From an uncultured Chlamydiae bacterium (GTDB lineage: Bacteria; Chlamydiota; Chlamydiia; Chlamydiales; SM23-39): 64,000 nucleotides of DNA. The position numbers were made by a program, and so were the translations under genes. Positions 9,986-16,938 of the stretch are shown here, piece after piece (position 1 is the first letter of the stretch; each line of letters begins with the position of its first letter). The notes beneath the pieces were generated by a model. The model worked only from the letters and a program-made list of their open reading frames with translations, made no database searches and had not been told where the DNA came from. The stretch covers positions 1,029 through 65,028 of the forward strand of contig CAVSSM010000003.1 of the NCBI GenBank assembly GCA_963730605.1, read 5' to 3'.

Positions 9986-10687
9986 ATGACAGAAATAAAT
10001 GCGCTGAAAAAAACCGGTCCCAAGACGGGCGGAGCGAACCTTGAAGAATCGGTTCGTTTGGCTGATTTGCAAGGAAGCAATCCTACAGTCAGGACTCATG
10101 CCACAGCTTCCCGCGCGCTAGACGTTACGGGCCAGCCGCAAAGCGGAGACCGGATCGAGAGTGGAAGGGTCACTCCCCCGCCAGTCAGAGCGATGGCAGT
10201 TGAGAACGCGGCCTCGAGCGCAGGCGTTGGGAGCGGAAAACGGATGCCCGACTTTGCGTTTGCCGTGATTAAAATGGCGACAGCGAGAGAGGCCTATGGG
10301 TCTGAAAAGCTGAAAGCCTTAGCGGAGCAAGTCAGAGAGCAATTGAAAGACGTAGATTATTTGCTCGACTTGAGCAGCGAGCTTACCGCCCTGCCGGACA
10401 AAGACTCCCACGACCTTACCGATAAAATGCGCGACATAATCGGGCGCCTTGAGGTTCATAAAATCCAAGTTTGGAAAGGCGGCGGCAAACTCAGCAAAGA
10501 GAACTTAAACGAGATGAAAGCGCACATCGGCTCGCAAATCGACAAACTGCGCACCTCCATCCAAACGAAGATCAGCACGGAGATCCAGCCTGAAGCGACC
10601 AATTTGCAATCGATTATGAACATCGTCCAGCAGATCATCCAATCTGATGCCCGCTTGAAAAGAAAAACCGCCGAGATTCCCAGATAA
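9986..10687 (+). CDS. Hypothetical coiled-coil protein upstream of T3SS chaperone/translocator genes
   Basis: 233-aa ORF with GAGGAG 6 nt upstream. It has a low-complexity N-terminus and then helical heptad-like sequence. It occupies the position held by tip/regulator genes in lcrGVH-yopBD-type operons (synteny inference only). Confidence 0.5.
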   Translation: MTEINALKKTGPKTGGANLEESVRLADLQGSNPTVRTHATASRALDVTGQPQSGDRIESGRVTPPPVRAMAVENAASSAGVGSGKRMPDFAFAVIKMATAREAYGSEKLKALAEQVREQLKDVDYLLDLSSELTALPDKDSHDLTDKMRDIIGRLEVHKIQVWKGGGKLSKENLNEMKAHIGSQIDKLRTSIQTKISTEIQPEATNLQSIMNIVQQIIQSDARLKRKTAEIPR

Positions 10688-10833
10688 TGAGCCTATCTCA
10701 CTATTCGAATTTTCCTGTTTTTGATCTTTTTGGCATATTTCGAACGCCTCTTTGTAGAAACCCTTGCGGGCGTGCAAAATCTGCTCAAAAATCTCTAAAA
10801 ACATTTAAAACCCTAATAGTGAGATAGGCTCAT
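10687..10833. mobile_element. MITE family A, copy 1
   Basis: 147 bp with 19-nt terminal inverted repeats ATGAGCCTATCTCACTATT / AATAGTGAGATAGGCTCAT. A second copy with inverted internal orientation lies at 36104..36280. Confidence 0.8.
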
Positions 10834-11236
10834 GGATTTATTGAAGGAAGGGAAAGGGCTTCTCTCCGAAAACGAGGTAGAGTCTTTTTACTTTCTCGCC
10901 TACTCCCATTACAATAGCGGTCATTGGACGGAAGCGGCCGATATCTTCCGCCTCCTCTGCACCCGAAGGCCTTTGACCCCTCGCTTCTGGTTTGGGTTGG
11001 GAGCCTCTCTTCAAGAAGGGAGCAGTTATTTCGACGCACTGCATGCCTGGGCGATGGCGGCTTTGCTGAAAAAAGAGGATCCCTATCCTCACTTTCATGC
11101 GGCAGAGTGCTACTTTTCCATGGGCCAGCATGAAGAGGCCGCAAAAGCATTGAAAGAGGCAACGTTGAAAATGGAAACCAACCATCCCTTGGAAGAGAGA
11201 GTCTCTCTTTTGAGACAGCAATGGAAAGTCGCATGA
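10832..11236 (+). CDS. lcrH: Class II type III secretion chaperone (LcrH/SycD family, TPR)
   Basis: The 134-aa ORF aligns by eye along its length with SycD: FYFLAYSHYNSGHWTEAADIFRLLC, RFWFGLGASLQ and PYPHFHAAECYFSMGQHEEA match the three TPR blocks. It is about 17 aa shorter at the N-terminus than SycD. Confidence 0.85.
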   Translation: MDLLKEGKGLLSENEVESFYFLAYSHYNSGHWTEAADIFRLLCTRRPLTPRFWFGLGASLQEGSSYFDALHAWAMAALLKKEDPYPHFHAAECYFSMGQHEEAAKALKEATLKMETNHPLEERVSLLRQQWKVA

Positions 11237-12177
11237 GCGTGAGTACATTAGATTGGGATGAGGATCGATTTCCTATTCAAGGAGGGCCCTATGTGCCTGA
11301 TTTGGCCGCTCTTCAGCCTCTTAACCCTGTCAAGCCTGCCAAGGACGGCCATTCTGCCGTTTCATCGATCGGGAGGGCCGATGGCGTTGCCCGCCCTTCC
11401 CACCTCCGTCCTCGCCTTGAACCTCCAAAGCAGCATTACATGCTCGACCTTCTCCATCTGCATCAAAGCGTGGAAGGGATCGTTTCGAAGGAGCTCATCG
11501 TCTTCAAAGAGCAATCGAACCTGGACATCGCGCAAATGGATAAGCTGGAAAATGAAAAAAATGAAGCCTTGCGAAAGTATGCCGAAGAGTCGGCCTCGCG
11601 CGGGTCTTGGAACGTTCTGTCCAACGTCGCCCAGTATCTTGCGGCGGGGACCTCCATTGCGGTCGGGGTCACGCTTGGGGGCTGGGGAACATTGCTCGCT
11701 CTTTCTGGGGCCTGCGGCCTCAGCTATCGGGCGATCCGCGATACGGCTGGCTGGCAATCGGTGGCCGGCTGGTTTTCAAAGTCGGTCGAAAATCAAAAGA
11801 AACTCGTCCAACGGATCGAAATGGGGTTTCTTGCCGTTGAACTTGGGACGGGCCTTGCCGGCGGGATGGGCTCCTTCTTGACAGGAGCGCATTCAGCTTT
11901 GGCTGTATCGAGGCTCGACAACACAAGAAAAATGGTCGCCACCGTGCAGGCGACGAGCTCTTTTATGACTTCGACCTCGAAACTCGGCCGGAACTTTATC
12001 GAGAAACGGGCCGCGGATCTCCAAGCGCGCATGAGGCGATTGGATGTAGATGCCGAGCGGATCCGGATGGAAATGAGCCAGCAAGCTATGGCGGCCCGCA
12101 ATATGATCGACATGGCGCAGTCGATCGGCCAGGAGATGCATAAAGCGATCGCAGCGTCGGAAATTCAAGATTTATAG
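11233..12177 (+). CDS. Putative T3SS major hydrophobic translocator (YopB/IpaB/CopB-like topology)
   Basis: ATG 11233 overlaps the chaperone stop (ATGA). The 314-aa product has a coiled-coil half and two long Gly/Ala-rich hydrophobic segments (VAQYLAAGTSIAVGVTLGGWGTLLALSGACGL; GFLAVELGTGLAGGMGSFLTGAHSALAV). The assignment rests on topology and synteny, not on sequence identity. Confidence 0.55.
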   Translation: MSVSTLDWDEDRFPIQGGPYVPDLAALQPLNPVKPAKDGHSAVSSIGRADGVARPSHLRPRLEPPKQHYMLDLLHLHQSVEGIVSKELIVFKEQSNLDIAQMDKLENEKNEALRKYAEESASRGSWNVLSNVAQYLAAGTSIAVGVTLGGWGTLLALSGACGLSYRAIRDTAGWQSVAGWFSKSVENQKKLVQRIEMGFLAVELGTGLAGGMGSFLTGAHSALAVSRLDNTRKMVATVQATSSFMTSTSKLGRNFIEKRAADLQARMRRLDVDAERIRMEMSQQAMAARNMIDMAQSIGQEMHKAIAASEIQDL

Positions 12178-12186
12178 GGGGAAATT

Positions 12187-12726
12187 ATGCCAAATATCAC
12201 AGTGAATACGAGAGAGGTCCATCTGGGGGTCAATATAGACCCGAAAGACAAAGAACCTACAGCCCAGTTCAACTACATCGTCGAGCTCCAAAAACTGGTG
12301 GCTCAAATCCTAAATGAACTCGGGCGCATTTCCGCAAACGACCATGAAGCGCTCGAAAAGATGAAAAATAAATATATGGATGCAAGTCTTAGGAATGCGG
12401 ATCTTCAGACGCAGCTTGCCAAAGCGAACCTGAATATCAGCTTCGTCTCGTTTGCGGTCAATTGCACCAGGCTCTTTTTGCCCAACGCGGATGACAAAGA
12501 GATTGTCCAACTCATCTCCAACCAATCGAACAATTTAGCCGGCATGTACACGGCAGGCATCCAGTCTCAGATGAGCGAGTCGAGCGCGGTGAGCCAGATC
12601 AAGCTCGAGGAATTCAGGATGAAACAGTCAGCGAAGCAGGCAGATGGCAACGCGAAGCAAGACTACCTGTCGCTTCTGCAATCCGTCGGGGAAAACCAGA
12701 AGAGCGCCAGCCGCGCCGGTGGATAG
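12187..12726 (+). CDS. Putative T3SS minor translocator (YopD/CopD position)
   Basis: 179-aa ORF starting 9 nt after the preceding gene, behind AGGGGGA. It is helical with one weak hydrophobic segment. The call is by gene order only. Confidence 0.35.
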   Translation: MPNITVNTREVHLGVNIDPKDKEPTAQFNYIVELQKLVAQILNELGRISANDHEALEKMKNKYMDASLRNADLQTQLAKANLNISFVSFAVNCTRLFLPNADDKEIVQLISNQSNNLAGMYTAGIQSQMSESSAVSQIKLEEFRMKQSAKQADGNAKQDYLSLLQSVGENQKSASRAGG

Positions 12727-12742
12727 CGCTTCCGCGCACATT

Positions 12743-12771
12743 ATTCACACAACCTAAGCGGACGCGGTATA
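12743..12771. repeat. Partial end of MITE family C
   Basis: ATTCACACAACCTAAGCGGACGCGGTATA matches the right end of the C elements at 16088..16252 and 54044..54206. Confidence 0.55.
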
Positions 12772-12851
12772 ACAGATCGAGACAAAAGTCAGATTCCACC
12801 ATTGTTTGACCTGAAACGGATCAAACTTTACAATCAGAAGATGGAGCCTAC

Positions 12852-13649
12852 ATGATTGCCCTCGTCCGCAGGTCCTCTTTTCGCTATTTGGAAATGGTCG
12901 GAGAATATGTCTCCCTTGTGATCGACGTCTTTGGAGCCACCGTTAGGAAGCCTCCTGCATGGAGCTTGGTTCGGGAGCATCTTTTCCACATCGGCGTCAT
13001 GTCCTTGTCGGTCGTGGCAATCACCGGATTTACCACCGGCTTCGTTTTGGCGGCCCAATCTTTTTATCAGCTTGGGGAAAAAGGGCTCGCGGGGGTCACG
13101 GGAGTTTTGGTCGGCAAGGCGATGATCACGGAACTGGGGCCCATCCTGACCGCCTTCATGGTGACGGGGAGAGTCGGGTCAGCCATGTGCGCCGAGCTTG
13201 GCTCCATGAAAGTGACTGAACAGATCGATGCGATGCGCTCGATGGCCGTCAACCCCAACTCCTATCTCGTGGCGCCCCGCTTTCTGGCAGGCATCTTCAT
13301 GATCCCGCTTCTGACCCTTTTCAGCACGATGATGGGGATTTTCGGGGGCTATTTGATCGCCGTCACCCTCTTCAATATGTCGCCAGCGAGCTATTTCGAC
13401 CCGATGCAGATCCACATCAGTCTGTTCGATGTCGCAAGCGGCTGTATCAAATCGTTCATCTTCGGCGTTCTGCTCGTCACCGTCTGCTGCTACAAAGGAA
13501 TGAAAACGACCGGAGGGGCCGCCGGCGTCGGCAAAGCGACGACCCAAAGCGTCGTAACGAGCTATATTTTGATCCTCCTTTCCGATTTTCTCCTTACGAT
13601 GTTATTGAACCTCATCAATCAAGAACTGAAATATAGCTGGATGCAATGA
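12852..13649 (+). CDS. mlaE: MlaE/YrbE-type ABC transporter permease
   Basis: 265-aa polytopic ORF containing ITELGPILTAFMVTGRVGSAMCAELGSMKVTEQIDAMRSMAVNP, the conserved MlaE core. Confidence 0.85.
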   Translation: MIALVRRSSFRYLEMVGEYVSLVIDVFGATVRKPPAWSLVREHLFHIGVMSLSVVAITGFTTGFVLAAQSFYQLGEKGLAGVTGVLVGKAMITELGPILTAFMVTGRVGSAMCAELGSMKVTEQIDAMRSMAVNPNSYLVAPRFLAGIFMIPLLTLFSTMMGIFGGYLIAVTLFNMSPASYFDPMQIHISLFDVASGCIKSFIFGVLLVTVCCYKGMKTTGGAAGVGKATTQSVVTSYILILLSDFLLTMLLNLINQELKYSWMQ

Positions 13650-13650
13650 A

Positions 13651-14421
13651 ATGATCCGAATCCGAAACCTCTGGAAGAGATACGGGTCGATCGACGTCTT
13701 GCGCGGGCTCAACCTCGATGTACATAATGGGGAGATCCTCGTCATCCTGGGACGCTCCGGGGTGGGCAAAAGCGTCTTGCTCCGCCATATCATCGGCATC
13801 GAAAAACCAGACATGGGTTCGATCGAGCTCGACGGGCTCAACATCACGAGCCTGAAAAAAAACCGGATCTACAGCGCCGTGAAAAACATGGGGATGCTCT
13901 TCCAGGGAGCCGCCCTCTTCGATTCGATGAATGTCGAAGAAAACACCGCTTTTTACCTCGATCAGCATGGAGACCCCGCGACAGAAAAACCATTTCCAAA
14001 AGAGACGATCCAAAAAAAAGTCAAAGAAGCGCTCGCCATGGTGGGGTTGGAAGGTGTCGAGAAAAAAATGCCATCGGATCTTTCAGGAGGGATGAGGAAA
14101 AGGGCCGCCCTGGCCCGCCTCATCGTCTATCGGCCCGCCATCCTTCTCTATGATGAACCGACGACCGGCCTAGATCCCATTACAGCCAGGCAAATCAACG
14201 AGCTGATCGTGAAAACGCAAAAGGAATTGAGAGGAACCAGCATCATCGTGACTCACGATCTCAACTCGGCTTTTTTCGTCGCCGACCGAATCGCGCTCCA
14301 CAACGAAGGAAAAATCGCCTACGTCGCAAAACCGGAAGAGTTCATCAAGATCGATGATCCGATCATCAATTTTTTACGGGAAAATATTATCCATTTACCC
14401 TCTAAGGAGCTTGCTAAATGA
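13651..14421 (+). CDS. mlaF: MlaF-type ABC transporter ATP-binding protein
   Basis: Walker A GRSGVGKS, ABC signature LSGGMRKR and Walker B ILLYDEPTTGLD. It starts 1 nt after mlaE. Confidence 0.9.
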   Translation: MIRIRNLWKRYGSIDVLRGLNLDVHNGEILVILGRSGVGKSVLLRHIIGIEKPDMGSIELDGLNITSLKKNRIYSAVKNMGMLFQGAALFDSMNVEENTAFYLDQHGDPATEKPFPKETIQKKVKEALAMVGLEGVEKKMPSDLSGGMRKRAALARLIVYRPAILLYDEPTTGLDPITARQINELIVKTQKELRGTSIIVTHDLNSAFFVADRIALHNEGKIAYVAKPEEFIKIDDPIINFLRENIIHLPSKELAK

Positions 14422-15638
14422 TGACCGACAAGATGAAAAATATCCTCATTGGATTTTTCGTGACCGCGGCGGTGACGATCGTAGTGGGCATGATCCTCTT
14501 TCTCGAACCGAAAGTCGGCGACGGGAAGAAACTTCTTCGTGTCCGGTTTGCGAACATCGCCGGGATCGTGGTGGGAACGCGGGTCGCTTTCGCCGGAAAG
14601 CCGGTCGGAGAAGTGATCCACATCAAAGAAATCCCCGACGCGCGCGCCCATCCTGACGAATCGGGCCGAGTCTTTTTTTACGAGCTGACATTGAAAACCG
14701 ATTCCAGCGTGGAAATCTACGACTCGGACGAAATCGCCGTCCGGTCGCTCGGCCTCATGGGGGAAAAATCGGTAGCCATCCTCCCTAAATCGGGCAAATC
14801 GGCCACGCTCATTACCGATGAGATCATTTACGCCAATTCGATCGATCCTCTCGAAAACACCTTTAACCAGATGACCAAGGTATGCAACCGGATCGAAGAG
14901 ACGGTCGCCCATGTCGACTCCTGGTTCCAGGAAAATAGCGGCCCGTTGAGTACAACCATCGGGACGTTCAATGAGGCCATCTCCCATATCAATGGGACCT
15001 TCTCGCTTCTCGAAGAAAAACAAATTATCCCCACCTTGCGGCAGTCTGCCGACCTCCTGAATGACAACCTCCGCTACCTCCGTTCAGGGCTCATCGACGA
15101 TCAAATCCTCCAAAAGATCGCCCATTTGGCCGAACACCTCGATGAAGCGGCCCGCACCTTCAATCTGGACGGGGCGGCGGCGCTGCGCAATTTGAACCAG
15201 GTCTCGCGCGACGTCGCTTCCGGCAAAGGGACGGTCGGTCGGCTCTTTGCCCGCGAGGATTTCTATCTCCATCTCAACTCGCTCATGAGCAAAGCCGAAA
15301 CATTGATGAACGACATCAACCATTACGGGATCCTCTTCCAATACGATAAAACCTGGCAAAGGACCCGGACCAAGAAAGCCAATTTTCTCAAAGCCCTTGA
15401 GACCCCCAAAGAGTTTCGGGCTTATTTCGATGGGGAAATCGATGCGATCACCACTTCATTAGGACGGCTATCCGAGTTGCTCGACCGCGCAGAAAATGGG
15501 GATGAGAAAACCAAAATCGCCGAGAATGAAAATTTCAAGAAGCAATTTGCGGCGCTCCTGAGGAGCGCAGAATCCTTGACCGATTCGATCAAGCTCTACA
15601 ACGAAGGCCTCACCGCAGAACAAGACGGAAACCCTTGA
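14418..15638 (+). CDS. mlaD: MlaD/MCE-domain substrate-binding protein with long helical extension
   Basis: N-terminal TM helix, MCE domain (LRVRFANIAGIVVGTRVAFAGKPVGEVIHI) and a long helical C-terminus. It overlaps mlaF by 4 nt. Confidence 0.8.
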   Translation: MMTDKMKNILIGFFVTAAVTIVVGMILFLEPKVGDGKKLLRVRFANIAGIVVGTRVAFAGKPVGEVIHIKEIPDARAHPDESGRVFFYELTLKTDSSVEIYDSDEIAVRSLGLMGEKSVAILPKSGKSATLITDEIIYANSIDPLENTFNQMTKVCNRIEETVAHVDSWFQENSGPLSTTIGTFNEAISHINGTFSLLEEKQIIPTLRQSADLLNDNLRYLRSGLIDDQILQKIAHLAEHLDEAARTFNLDGAAALRNLNQVSRDVASGKGTVGRLFAREDFYLHLNSLMSKAETLMNDINHYGILFQYDKTWQRTRTKKANFLKALETPKEFRAYFDGEIDAITTSLGRLSELLDRAENGDEKTKIAENENFKKQFAALLRSAESLTDSIKLYNEGLTAEQDGNP

Positions 15639-15663
15639 TGCTTAAGGCATTTCTGAAAGCTTT

Positions 15664-15900
15664 TTAGGCAAATCTCAAATTCAAATCAAGTGCATTAACC
15701 AACGAAATGAGGGTGTGCCATTTTGGGTTGCCTTTTTCAGAGAGCGTTTTGTACAAACTTTCTCTTCCCATGTTCGTTTTTTTTGCCAACTTACCTATTC
15801 CTCCTTGCGCTTCGGCCACATCTTTGAGGGCAAGTAAGAACAAGTGTTGAGATTCTTCGTCTCCTTTGAGGCTTTCTTCTAGGGTGGGAGGCTGTAGCCA
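15664..15900 (-). pseudogene. Relic of a HigA-type 'addiction module antidote' HTH antitoxin (N-terminus missing)
   Basis: The minus frame reads ...LEESLKGDEESQHLFLLALKDVAEAQGGIGKLAKKTNMGRESLYKTLSEKGNPKWHTLISLVNALDLNLRFA*, the C-terminal ~75 aa of this antitoxin family. There is no start codon. The upstream part, and any toxin gene, is replaced by MITEs D1/C1. Confidence 0.55.
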
Positions 15901-15908
15901 CAGCCTGT

Positions 15909-16076
15909 TAACCTGAGTTTTTGGTTCATTTGTCTATGAGATTCAAGGATATTTCGAGCATATTTTTGCGCTTTGGAGCCGAGAGCAATATCGGGACGAG
16001 CATCTTGCCGAGGCGAAAAGTCAAAAAGATGCCGAAAGAAATTGAAGCTCAGGCAAATGAACCCAAAACTCAGGTT
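15909..16076 (+). mobile_element. MITE family D, copy 1
   Basis: About 168 bp. The terminal inverted repeat is TAACCTGAGTTTT(T/G)GGTTCATTTG / CAAATGAACCCAAAACTCAGGTT. Near-identical copies lie at 26483 and 52625. Confidence 0.8.
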
Positions 16077-16087
16077 GTTAGCTAAAT

Positions 16088-16252
16088 TATACCGCGCCCG
16101 CTCATCTTGAGTGAATTTTGTTGAGCATCTTTTTTGCTCCAGCGCATTGCTCGATCTCGTTAACATTGTGCAAGTTGGACTCGATCTCCGCAATGCTACT
16201 GGAGCCAAAAATCTGCTGTCAAAATTCACACAACCTAAGCGGGCGCGGTATA
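16088..16252 (+). mobile_element. MITE family C, copy 1
   Basis: 165 bp. The ends are TATACCGCGCCCGCTCATCTTGAGTGAATTTTG ... AAAATTCACACAACCTAAGCGGGCGCGGTATA. It lies 11 bp from MITE D1. Confidence 0.8.
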
Positions 16253-16260
16253 GTAAGTAT

Positions 16261-16557
16261 TTAGGGAATTGGCGCTGCGAGCGCAGGCGCGCATAGGTTG
16301 CTACACCAAACATGAGAGGCTGGGAACCCTGCTCCTACAATAGGATTGACGGCCGCCCCTACAGCAATGGCCATACAACTCGCGTAACAGACCCCGAACG
16401 CCACTGGTCCTGCTTCAACTTTAGGCATCCATCGATCAGAGGTTAGAATCGCCAAAGCGGTAACAGATACCAGTGGATTCGCTGCTCCAAATTTAGCAAT
16501 CGCCATCGCCGGAACTGCCGCGTATTTTGCTGCTGTGGTTACTGATGAGAGTAGCAT
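16261..16557 (-). CDS. Small Gly/Ala-rich hydrophobic protein, unknown function
   Basis: 98-aa ORF with AGGAG 6 nt upstream of the ATG. The 3' tail runs to the edge of MITE C1, so the native C-terminus may have been replaced. Confidence 0.35.
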   Translation of the reverse strand: MLLSSVTTAAKYAAVPAMAIAKFGAANPLVSVTALAILTSDRWMPKVEAGPVAFGVCYASCMAIAVGAAVNPIVGAGFPASHVWCSNLCAPALAAPIP

Positions 16558-16768
16558 GTATTTCTCCTGTTAAATTGATTTAATTTCCACTAAAATCGCG
16601 TAACGATCCTTTTAGGGAACGCCAGCATAAGACAAATAAAAGTTTCGCTGCCACCAGAAATTACTTTACATAGCGGCTAAATATTTCTGGCGACCGGTTG
16701 TAGTGTTTATTGCTAGCCAGTTTTATTGCTTTCCGATCATGCAAATCCTCTTCCTTCTTGAAAACAAA

Positions 16769-16932
16769 TATACCACGCCCGCTTAGGTTGTGTGAATTTT
16801 GACAGCGGATTTTGCGTTCCAGTAGCGTTGCGGAGATCGCCGTAAACTTTAGTATGTTAACAAGATCGAGCAATGCGCTGGGGCGCAAAAGGCGCTCAAC
16901 AAAATTCACTCAAAATGAGTGGGCGCGGTATA
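16769..16932 (-). mobile_element. MITE family C, copy 2 (inverted)
   Basis: 164 bp. It is the reverse complement of the C1/C3 consensus and ends 6 nt before the stop of the 728-aa gene. Confidence 0.8.
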
Positions 16933-16938
16933 ACGTTA

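Noticed and set aside
16111..16296. ORF MNFVE(H/R)LL...SATLLERKIR... encoded inside family-C MITEs (also 16661..16909 and 54066..54344).
   Set aside because: The frame is kept in C2 and C3 but broken or changed by indels in C1. One copy sits inside the rRNA operon. Most likely it is not coding.
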